From Acidobacteriota bacterium (GTDB lineage: Bacteria > Acidobacteriota > Vicinamibacteria > Vicinamibacterales > UBA2999): a stretch of DNA of 64,000 bases. The position numbers and the translations under genes were made by a program. The stretch's first letter is position 1. Every line of letters begins with the position of its first letter. Positions 7,646 through 15,301 of the stretch are shown in pieces. Location of the stretch: assembly GCA_030697165.1 (NCBI GenBank), contig JAUYQQ010000002.1, forward strand, positions 257,193-321,192, written 5' to 3'. The notes beneath the pieces are model-generated. The model worked only from the letters and a program-made list of their open reading frames with translations. It searched no databases and was not told the DNA's origin.

Positions 7646-10145
7646 CCCCTTGATCGACACCGCCGGCCGGGTCGCCGATTTTGCCGGCGTCGACTGGGAC
7701 GCGGCATTCGCCGGCCTCTCGGCCGACGACCGCGCGGTGGCCGATCAGCTCGTGGCCGTGTCCCAGGTCGCCGCGGCGCACCGCCAGCTGCACGACCTGT
7801 TGCCGGGCGATCCGTCGAGCCCGGCCGACGACCGGCCGGTCGCCTCGCGCTGGGGGCATCTCGAGCTGCTCGAGCAGGTGGGCCGCGGCTCGTTCGGCAT
7901 TGTCTACCGCGCCCTCGACACCCATCTTCATCGCGAGGTCGCGCTCAAGCTGTTCCCGCGGTCCTCGCAGCCGGCCACGGTGATCGAAGAGGGCCGGCGC
8001 CTGGCGCGGGTGCGGCACCCGAACGTCGTCACGGTGTTTGGCGCCGACGTGCACGAGGGCCTGCCGGGCATTTGGATGGAGTTCGTCCGCGGCAAGCGGC
8101 TGGACCTGCTGGTCAAGGAGCAGGGGCGCTTCGGCGCGCACGAGGCCGCCTTGATCGGCCGCGATTTGTGCCGCGCGCTGGCGGCCATTCACGCCGCCGG
8201 CCTGGTGCATCGGGATGTCAAGGCGCAGAACGTGATGCGCGAGGCGGGCGGCCGCATTGTCTTGATGGACCTCGGCGCCAGCTCGGTGTTGTTGCCGGGT
8301 GATGCCGTCGCCGATCAGACCGGCACGCCGCTCTACATGGCGCCCGAGGTGCTGGCCGGCACGCCAGCGACACCGGAGAGTGACGTCTACAGCCTTGGCG
8401 TCACCCTGTTTTATCTGGCGACCGGGCAGTTTCCGATCGCCGCCGCCTCGTTGGCGGCGCTGCGCCAGGCGCACCTCGATCGGAGCGGCCGGAACCTGCT
8501 CGATGTGCGAGCGGACCTGGCCCCGGAGTTCGTTCGCGCCGTCTCTCGCGCCGTCGAGCATGACCCGGCGCGGCGCACGCGAACGGCCGGCGAGTTCGAG
8601 GCTGACCTGTCGGACGTCCTCTCGACCAGCGTGGCGACCGCCGCCGACCCGGTGACGACCGGCCGGGGCTGGCGCGGCCTGGTGCTCTGGCTGGCCGCCG
8701 CGCTTGCCGTCGTGCTGAGCGGGGCGGCGATCACCCGGTTCACCTCGGTCGAACCAAGCGACACCTCCATCGCCGTCCTGCCAATCCTCAACCGGACCGG
8801 AAACCCGGACCTCGACTACCTGACCACCGGGATGACCGAACTGCTGATTTCCAACCTCGCCAGGATTCGCTCGTTGCGGGTGCCGTCCTACGACGCCGTC
8901 CGCAATCTGTCGCCAACGGCGGAGACCGACGGCCAGGCGTCCCGCCTCGGGGTCCGTCTCCTGCTGGCGGGATCGCTTGACCAGGTCAATGACGCGTTCC
9001 GGTTGAACGTGCGCCTGTCAGAGCCGGCCACCGGAAAGACCATCTGGGGCGACGAAATCATTCGCGATCGCGCCGGCATCATCAGTGCCCAAACCGAAAT
9101 TTCCAGGCTGGTGGCCACGCGCCTGATGCTGGATCTGTCGCCCGGCGAACGGCGCGCCCTGGCGGAACGTGTGCTCAATCCCGAGGCCCAGGACGCCTAC
9201 GTCCGCGGCCTGGTGGAGACCACCATTGCGTTTGACGATCGCCGGGCCGCATTGGCAGCTTCCCTGTTCAAGCGGGCGATCGAACTGGAGCCCACCTTTG
9301 CCGAGGCCTGGGCGGAACTGGCGTTGATCGAGCATCGACTCGCCGACCTGTCGGCGTTGCCGGAGCGGGCGCCCCGAATCGAGCACGCCCGGGAACTGGC
9401 CCGTCGGTCGCTCTCGCTTGACCCCGAACTGCCGGTCGGGTTGACCGCGTTGGCCACGGTCCAGTTCTACTTCGATTGGGACTTGCCGTTGGCGGAGGAA
9501 ACCTATCGGCAGGCGATTGCGTCCAGTCCGAGTTACGCACTGGCGCGCCAGCGGCTCGCGATGCTGCTGGCGGCGCAAGGACGATTCGCCGAGTCCATCG
9601 CCATGGGCCTGGAGGCGAGGGAGCGCGAGCCCCTGATCGCCAATCGCACGACCTCCGTGGCCACCCTGTATTACTATGCGCGCGATTTCGCGCAGGCGGA
9701 ATCTGAGATGCGACGGGCCCTGTCCCTCTCGCCCGGCTACGGGGTCGCCCATTTTGGGTTGGGACGGATCTACAGCGCCCGCGGCTTGTTTGATGCGGCG
9801 ATTGCCGAAATCCAGCAGGCGCTCGCGCAAAGCCGGAACGTCGGGTGGCTGTCCGAACTGGCGCGGGTCTACCTGTCGGCCGGACGCCAGGACGACGCCG
9901 GCGCCGTGATGCAGGAACTGGAAACCAGGCGGCGCGCGGGCGAGACCCCCGGGCCCGACAGCCTGGCGTACCTGGCCGTTGCCGAGGGGCGTTTCGACGA
10001 CGCCCTGGCGATCCTCGAAGAGGCGGTGGCCCAGCGTTCGACGAATGCGTTGTGGCTTGGAGTGGACCCTCGAGTCGATCCGTTGAGGACCGATCCGAGA
10101 TTCGGTGAACTGTTGCGCCGGGCAGGACTCGGCGCACAACCCTAG
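7635..10145 (+). CDS. Ser/Thr protein kinase with TM helix, TolB-N-like periplasmic module and TPR repeats
   Basis: GRGSFGIVYRA, EVALKL, HRDVKAQNV, DLGAS, GTPLYMAPE. TM segment WRGLVLWLAAALAVVLSGAAI, then SIAVLPILNRTGNPDLDYL and TPR-like repeats. Overlaps the sigma gene by 11 nt. Confidence 0.9.
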   Translation: MKPDPLIDTAGRVADFAGVDWDAAFAGLSADDRAVADQLVAVSQVAAAHRQLHDLLPGDPSSPADDRPVASRWGHLELLEQVGRGSFGIVYRALDTHLHREVALKLFPRSSQPATVIEEGRRLARVRHPNVVTVFGADVHEGLPGIWMEFVRGKRLDLLVKEQGRFGAHEAALIGRDLCRALAAIHAAGLVHRDVKAQNVMREAGGRIVLMDLGASSVLLPGDAVADQTGTPLYMAPEVLAGTPATPESDVYSLGVTLFYLATGQFPIAAASLAALRQAHLDRSGRNLLDVRADLAPEFVRAVSRAVEHDPARRTRTAGEFEADLSDVLSTSVATAADPVTTGRGWRGLVLWLAAALAVVLSGAAITRFTSVEPSDTSIAVLPILNRTGNPDLDYLTTGMTELLISNLARIRSLRVPSYDAVRNLSPTAETDGQASRLGVRLLLAGSLDQVNDAFRLNVRLSEPATGKTIWGDEIIRDRAGIISAQTEISRLVATRLMLDLSPGERRALAERVLNPEAQDAYVRGLVETTIAFDDRRAALAASLFKRAIELEPTFAEAWAELALIEHRLADLSALPERAPRIEHARELARRSLSLDPELPVGLTALATVQFYFDWDLPLAEETYRQAIASSPSYALARQRLAMLLAAQGRFAESIAMGLEAREREPLIANRTTSVATLYYYARDFAQAESEMRRALSLSPGYGVAHFGLGRIYSARGLFDAAIAEIQQALAQSRNVGWLSELARVYLSAGRQDDAGAVMQELETRRRAGETPGPDSLAYLAVAEGRFDDALAILEEAVAQRSTNALWLGVDPRVDPLRTDPRFGELLRRAGLGAQP

Positions 10146-10154
10146 GGAGCAGGC

Positions 10155-10439
10155 ATGGCAGAGAAGCCCGTTGAGATTGTCAGTGTTGACAACAAGGAAC
10201 TGCAGGACGAAATTCAGCTCCGCATCGATCGCCTCGAGCTCCTCCGGATGAAGCTGGAGTCCGGAAATCTCTCGCTCACGGTGAAGCCGGCCGATGGGCA
10301 TCCGGCGAACACGGAACATAACGAGGCCAACACATTGGCGAAGGTGGAGGCCGCGATCGCCAGGCTGACAGAGGCTCGTGAGGCCGTTAGAGCCACTTGT
10401 GGCTGGCAGGGCTTGTTCTGCCTGTTCGAAGTGGAGTGA
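10155..10439 (+). CDS. small acidic protein (94 aa) with C-terminal two-Cys hydrophobic tail; possible precursor peptide
   Basis: GGGAG Shine-Dalgarno 5 nt upstream of the ATG, 9 nt after the kinase stop. Ends ..RATCGWQGLFCLFEVE. Its stop overlaps a GTG start (GTGA). I recognise no family. Confidence 0.6.
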   Translation: MAEKPVEIVSVDNKELQDEIQLRIDRLELLRMKLESGNLSLTVKPADGHPANTEHNEANTLAKVEAAIARLTEAREAVRATCGWQGLFCLFEVE

Positions 10440-11536
10440 CCGACTTGGAGCGCAATGGCGTGGACGAACGCTTTCGGCGTTCGTCCACGTTGACGCTGCA
10501 CTGGGAGGGGGCAGGGCTTCAGGCGACCAATTGGATGACTCACAGTGTGACGCCTCTGCCGACGCTCTGCGTGCCGATGCTGGAAGCGTTGACGGATTGG
10601 CGATCGGCGCCAGAGGTGCTCGCCGGCTGCCCGGAACTGGGCTCCCTCGAATCGACCACGCAACTGCTGACGCTGCTCGCCGATGCCTCGATCCTCGATC
10701 GCACCACCGATCCGATCCGGGATCTCAGCGTCTGGGCGCCCTGGAGTCCGGAGGCCGTGGCGTTCCACTTCGCGACCAAGGATGGCTCGTATCCAGACGA
10801 CCTGATCGCGTACGAGCAGGTGCTGCGGGCCAAGGCGGTGGTCGAGCCACCACCACCCGCGTGCAAGAAGATCGCCGGGAGTCGAACTCGCCTGGCATCA
10901 AAGGACCTGGCCACGCCGGTCACGAAGACCCTGCATGAACGCCGGACGTGGCGCAACTTCGGCGCCGGCAGCCTTCAGCGCGAGGCGCTCGAAGCACTGT
11001 TGTTCCATACGTGGGGCGTGCAGGCGTGGGGCAACGTGCCGGGGCAAAGCCGCGTGCCGCTGAAGACCTCGCCTTCGGGCGGTGCGCGGCACTCCATCGA
11101 GGCGTACGTCGCGGTTCTGGACGTCAACGGGCTCGAGCCTGGCTGGTATCACTACGATGCGGAAGCGCATGAACTGGTGGGTGTGCGCAGCGGATGTCAG
11201 CCCGCCGAACTGGTGCATTGCCTGGCCGGTCAGAACTACTTTCGTGGGGCGGCTGCGGCGATCGTCATGTGCCCGGTGTTTGCCCGCGCCATGTGGCGTT
11301 ACCCGTTCAGCCGCGTGTATCGGGCCGTGTTGATCGAGGCCGGCCATCTTGGGCAGTCCTTTTGTCTGCTGGCGACAGAGATGGGCCTGGCGCCCTTTTG
11401 CACCATGGCGTTTCGCGAGGCGGAGATCGAATCCATACTGGGCCTCGATGGCGTGACCGAATGTCCCATCTATGTTGTTGGCGTTGGCATCCAGGCCGCC
11501 GACCGGCGCCGGCACCCGGGCGGAATGTCGGAGTGA
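10436..11536 (+). CDS. SagB/ThcOx-type FMN dehydrogenase (nitroreductase superfamily) with ~165-aa N-terminal extension
   Basis: RRTWRNF, SPSGGARHSIEAYVAVLDVNGLEPGWYHYD and IEAGHLGQSFCL motifs. Start is ambiguous: GTG 10436 overlapping the upstream stop, TTG 10445 with GGAG 8 nt upstream, or TTG 10397 as in the track. Confidence 0.8.
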   Translation: MTDLERNGVDERFRRSSTLTLHWEGAGLQATNWMTHSVTPLPTLCVPMLEALTDWRSAPEVLAGCPELGSLESTTQLLTLLADASILDRTTDPIRDLSVWAPWSPEAVAFHFATKDGSYPDDLIAYEQVLRAKAVVEPPPPACKKIAGSRTRLASKDLATPVTKTLHERRTWRNFGAGSLQREALEALLFHTWGVQAWGNVPGQSRVPLKTSPSGGARHSIEAYVAVLDVNGLEPGWYHYDAEAHELVGVRSGCQPAELVHCLAGQNYFRGAAAAIVMCPVFARAMWRYPFSRVYRAVLIEAGHLGQSFCLLATEMGLAPFCTMAFREAEIESILGLDGVTECPIYVVGVGIQAADRRRHPGGMSE

Positions 11537-11542
11537 GGTGAG

Positions 11543-12415
11543 ATGGCCATTCGCGTTGAGCTGATCCTGTTCTCAGGCATTCGCAATCCGGCGTGGATGC
11601 TGAATACCGATGACCTGCCGTTATTCAAGACGGCGCTGGGGCAGCTACAGGGCGGGGCCTTCGACCTCAACGTGTCGGTCGAGTTCGCGCCGCCCGCGTC
11701 GGGCTATCGTGGATTCGATGTACGCGGCAGTGGCGAGGATAGTGAGATCTCGCTTCACGTCTGGAGCGCCCGCGCCTTGTCGGGAACAAGCCTGTTCTGG
11801 GACACTGCGGGATTACTTGAATCCTGGCTGTACGGCACCGCGCCGCTCGCCATCAAGATGTCGCTCGGCCTGACATTCGCCCAATTGTCGAGTACCCCAG
11901 CGGCGACCCACACCATCGCCGGCATCGCAAGCGGCCCGGCGGAAATCGTCTGCCCTGACGCTCCCACGTACCCTGTTTCGCCGAGTTTCTGGGATACCCA
12001 CAGAAAGAGCAACAACTGCTACAACTACGCGAACGACGTCGTGTTTGGGCAGTCCATGACGGGTGCCATGCCTGGGGGGTTGACGACGTGGGCGGACGCG
12101 GCTGAAATGCGCCGCGCCGCCGAATACGACAACCTGGTCTGGGACGGCATGCGCCCGCCAACGGTGTGCACGGGTGACGCAAACACCCATCTGCTCGCGA
12201 TCTGCCTGCGATCAAAAATGGGCATTTACCAGGACTTTCACTGTCTCCGGCTCGATGATTCCGGGGTGTGGTCCCAGAAGGATGGCCCCGATCCGGTCGA
12301 TCAAGTCGATGGCAGTAGACTCGTCATCCGCAACATCCGCAGCGCCGTATTCAACCAACCGATGACGCTGGTGGGATTCTTCTGGTCCCCGCCCGCCCGC
12401 AGCCTCAGGCCATAG
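11543..12415 (+). CDS. hypothetical two-domain protein (290 aa); C-terminal half has a papain-fold-like Cys/His signature
   Basis: GAGGTG Shine-Dalgarno, 6 nt after the SagB-type stop. NNCYNYAND (Cys159), THLLAICL (His216), DFHCLRLDD (His233, Asp238). The N-terminal ~150 aa are unassigned. Confidence 0.7.
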   Translation: MAIRVELILFSGIRNPAWMLNTDDLPLFKTALGQLQGGAFDLNVSVEFAPPASGYRGFDVRGSGEDSEISLHVWSARALSGTSLFWDTAGLLESWLYGTAPLAIKMSLGLTFAQLSSTPAATHTIAGIASGPAEIVCPDAPTYPVSPSFWDTHRKSNNCYNYANDVVFGQSMTGAMPGGLTTWADAAEMRRAAEYDNLVWDGMRPPTVCTGDANTHLLAICLRSKMGIYQDFHCLRLDDSGVWSQKDGPDPVDQVDGSRLVIRNIRSAVFNQPMTLVGFFWSPPARSLRP

Positions 12416-13340
12416 CGGCCGCCTGCGCCGGTGCGTTACCTGGGTCGTGACGGTATTCGCGGGTGCCTAGGCGTGGCCGAAGTGGGCATGCCGGCGCCCG
12501 GCGCCGGTGCGCATCCTGGCCGGTGGCGCACGGCGTCGTCGCGAAGAGCCGCGAGTCGAGGCCATCGGCCACCACCTCGCGCGCCTCGCCACGCGAGACA
12601 CCGGCGCGCTCGAGCTCGCCGCGCAGCTGGCTGAGAATGCGCTCGTAGGTCCGATACAGGCGCTTTTGATCCTGTCCCACCGTGAATGCGATCTGGCTGA
12701 CCGGCTGGCCGGTGGCGTAGCGCAACATCAGCAGCCGGCGGTCGTCGGCGCTCAACTGGCGCAGCGTGTCGAGCAGCGCGCGCGACACCGTCGCCGAGCG
12801 CGCCTTCCTGGCGTTGGCCAGTGCCTGCTCCTCCGGATTAGGTTCCTTCGATGCCGTCTCCAGCACGAGCTCGAGCGGTTCTTCGCGAACGCGCCGGCCG
12901 CTGGCCGGGTGTCCACCGGCGCGCAGCCGGGCGACCAGCGCCGCCACGCCGGCGTGGCCGCGCGTGGCCACCGCGTGAACCGGATAGCCATCGCGGAGGA
13001 TTCGTCGCTCGGCCTCGACCACTTCCGCACCGGCGCGCCGCGCGTCGGTGGACGCGCGCCACCGCCCCCAACGGCTATTGCGGTAGTCCAACAGGATCCG
13101 CTTGATCACGATTCGGATGAAGATCGGAAACGTGCAGTCGCCGCGGAATGCCGCCACCTTGCGGCTGTCGGCTTCGAGCAGCTTCATCCAGGCATACGAC
13201 TCGAAATCGCCGCGATCCTGGACCGGCAGGCGCGCGCTCCAGGCGACGGCGCGAACGGTGGCTTGAATCAGTTCGAATTGGGACTCAACCAGGCTGCGGC
13301 CTGGTACGGCTGGGCAAGTGACCGACGGTTGGGGGGCCAT
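12405..13340 (-). CDS. sigma-70 family (ECF-like) sigma factor with long inter-region linker and C-terminal tail
   Basis: Region 2-like DFESYAWMKLLE..FIRIVIKRILLDYRNSRWGRW; region 4 LSADDRRLLMLRYATGQPVSQIAFTVGQDQKRLYRTYERIL. GGAGAG Shine-Dalgarno before ATG 13340. The 3' end overlaps the convergent gene by 11 bp. Confidence 0.75.
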   Translation of the reverse strand: MAPQPSVTCPAVPGRSLVESQFELIQATVRAVAWSARLPVQDRGDFESYAWMKLLEADSRKVAAFRGDCTFPIFIRIVIKRILLDYRNSRWGRWRASTDARRAGAEVVEAERRILRDGYPVHAVATRGHAGVAALVARLRAGGHPASGRRVREEPLELVLETASKEPNPEEQALANARKARSATVSRALLDTLRQLSADDRRLLMLRYATGQPVSQIAFTVGQDQKRLYRTYERILSQLRGELERAGVSRGEAREVVADGLDSRLFATTPCATGQDAHRRRAPACPLRPRLGTREYRHDPGNAPAQAAAMA

Positions 13341-13406
13341 CTGAACTCTCCTCACCCCCCAAAACGCCGAACCGCGACGAACCGAACAGTTGGTGCTTGC
13401 CTGAGG

Positions 13407-13523
13407 CTACCAACCCGCGCCGCGCGAGTTGACCCGCGCTGCGCGCATCGCATCGACCACGGTGAATCCCAGCCTGCGGGCCTTCCGGTACGTCCTGAAA
13501 AACGACAGCAGTCGTCGGATCAT
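13407..13523 (-). CDS. possible 38-aa basic small ORF or leader upstream of the sigma gene
   Basis: ATG..TAG frame MIRRLLSFFRTYRKARRLGFTVVDAMRAARVNSRGAGW, with a TATACT hexamer 14 nt upstream of the ATG. No other support. Confidence 0.2.
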   Translation of the reverse strand: MIRRLLSFFRTYRKARRLGFTVVDAMRAARVNSRGAGW

Positions 13524-13537
13524 CTAAAGTTGCGGCC

Positions 13538-13543
13538 AGTATA
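13538..13543 (-). promoter_or_regulatory. -10-like TATACT upstream of the small ORF/leader and second sigma gene
   Basis: Direct reading. The context TATACTGGCCGC is identical to that of the APC permease promoter candidate at 48047-48036. Confidence 0.35.
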
Positions 13544-13615
13544 AGACTTCAATGAACGAACACGCGGACCCATCTGCACACTCTGACATATCGGCCAGAC
13601 CGCCTCCCACCATCA

Positions 13616-14248
13616 ATGGACGCACCGGTCCCGCGGTTTCCGCGATACCCTACTGCCGCCATGCGTGTCCTGCCACAGACGCCGCTCGATTGGGTGCTGC
13701 TCGCGGTTGCCGCCGCCACCGGTGTGATCATTGCGGTGGCGTTGCAGGATTTCTTTCTCGACTCGCGAGTCAATAGCCCCAGAATTCGCGCCTTGCAGGA
13801 CGTCGGCGTCGGCTTGGCCGTGATCCACGTCGGCGGCATTCTTCTGCTCGGATCGGTGAGCCCGCGGTGGGCCGCGGCCGGTATTGCCATGTATATGGGC
13901 GCGACGCTGTTGTTCCTGGCCGCCCTCGAATCGGCGCGCCGCGTGAAGTTGCCGCGCACTCTGGTCGACGAGCCCATGCCAAGGGCGCTCATCACCACGG
14001 GTCCCTTCGCCGTCGTGCGGCACCCGTTCTATATCGCGTACTCGCTGGCGTGGCTGGCCGCGCCGGTCGCGACCCACGGCCCGGTCATCACGATTTCGGG
14101 CCTGCTGGCGGTGGGCCTGTATGTGTTCGCGGCGCGGCGCGAGGAACGCCGGCTCGAAGCGCACTTTGGCGACGCCTATCGAGTCTACCGCGCGAAGGCA
14201 GGCGGGGTGCTGCCGTCGATTCCAGGCCTGGTCCGTTTCTTCCGCTGA
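13616..14248 (+). CDS. ICMT/PEMT-family membrane methyltransferase
   Basis: Multi-TM; ITTGPFAVVRHPFYIAYSLAWLA..REERRLEAHFGDAYRVYR. Start uncertain (13616 or 13661). Confidence 0.75.
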   Translation: MDAPVPRFPRYPTAAMRVLPQTPLDWVLLAVAAATGVIIAVALQDFFLDSRVNSPRIRALQDVGVGLAVIHVGGILLLGSVSPRWAAAGIAMYMGATLLFLAALESARRVKLPRTLVDEPMPRALITTGPFAVVRHPFYIAYSLAWLAAPVATHGPVITISGLLAVGLYVFAARREERRLEAHFGDAYRVYRAKAGGVLPSIPGLVRFFR

Positions 14249-14323
14249 ACCGCCGATTGCACACAATATTCGTGCTGGCGTGGGGGTACGCGCCAATCCG
14301 GCATTAAGCTTGCTGAGCGCCCC

Positions 14324-14896
14324 GTGTCAGCACAATTTCCCGATACCCTGCTCGAGTGGGCCCTGGCCGTCGTCGGCGGCTCCACCCTGATCGTGTTTGC
14401 CGTCGCGCTGCAGAATTTCTTTGTGCAACCGCCGACGCTCTCGCGGCCCCAGCGCTTGTTCCAGGACCTGAGCGTGTTGGTTGGCCTCACCCATGGCTTC
14501 GCCCTGCTCGTGCTGAACACCGCCACCGACCTGTGGGCGGGCGTGGGCATCGGCATGTATTCCGTGTCGCTGGCGCTGTTCCTGAGCGCGATCGAGGCGG
14601 CGCGGCGCACGCCGATGACGCGCACGTTCGTCTACGAGCCCAAGTGCGACATTATTCTCCAGACCGGTCCGTACCGGGTGATTCGCCACCCCATCTACCT
14701 CTCGTACGCGCTGGCCTGGTTAGCGGCGCCCGTGGCGATGCACAGCGTGGCGCTTGGGGTGACCGCCGTGATCATGATCGGGTGCTATGTCGCGTCGGCG
14801 CGAGAGGAAGAGCGCCGGCTCGCGACCGGGAAGCGCGCCGCCGAGTACGAGCAGTACCGCGCCCGCACCTGGCGGATGATTCCCTTCCTGTTTTAG
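14324..14896 (+). CDS. ICMT/PEMT-family membrane methyltransferase (paralog of the preceding gene)
   Basis: LQTGPYRVIRHPIYLSYALAWLA..REEERRL..EYEQYRARTWRMIPF. Shares the ALQ(D/N)FF N-terminal helix with its neighbour. Confidence 0.8.
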   Translation: MSAQFPDTLLEWALAVVGGSTLIVFAVALQNFFVQPPTLSRPQRLFQDLSVLVGLTHGFALLVLNTATDLWAGVGIGMYSVSLALFLSAIEAARRTPMTRTFVYEPKCDIILQTGPYRVIRHPIYLSYALAWLAAPVAMHSVALGVTAVIMIGCYVASAREEERRLATGKRAAEYEQYRARTWRMIPFLF

Positions 14897-14961
14897 TTCG
14901 TCCCAGCCTTTTTCGCGCTCCTGTTGACATTCGACAAGAGCCGGGCGCATTCTTCTATCGA

Positions 14962-15294
14962 ATGCCGACAAGACTCGACCTGCTCCAGGGCACGCTCGAC
15001 CTTCTCATCCTGAAGACGCTGGCGCTTGGGCCCCAACACGGATGGGGGATCTCGCAGCGCATCCAGCAGATTTCCGACAACGTGTTGCGCGTCAACCAGG
15101 GCTCGCTCTATCCGGCACTGCAGCGCCTCGAGACCGCCGGCTGGATCGACTCCGAGTGGAGCACGTCCGAGAATAACCGCCAGGCCAAGTTCTACCAGCT
15201 CACCCGCACCGGCGCCCGGCAGCTCAGGGACGAGACCGAGCAGTGGGAGCGAATGACCGGCGCGGTGGCGAAGATCCTCGCCAGCGAGGCATAG
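14962..15294 (+). CDS. PadR-family transcriptional regulator
   Basis: LLQGTLDLLILKTLALGPQHGWGISQRIQQISDNVLRVNQGSLYPALQRLETAGWI. Confidence 0.9.
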   Translation: MPTRLDLLQGTLDLLILKTLALGPQHGWGISQRIQQISDNVLRVNQGSLYPALQRLETAGWIDSEWSTSENNRQAKFYQLTRTGARQLRDETEQWERMTGAVAKILASEA

Positions 15295-15301
15295 GAAACG
15301 T

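Noticed and set aside
10155-14896. The idea that the Cys-tailed peptide, the papain-fold-like protein and the two ICMT-type methyltransferases form a bacterial CaaX-like processing pathway.
   Set aside because: The peptide's last Cys is six residues from the C-terminus (CLFEVE, not CaaX), and no prenyltransferase is present. The methyltransferases are also separated from the cassette by a convergent sigma gene and a 260-bp gap. I kept this only as a remote possibility.
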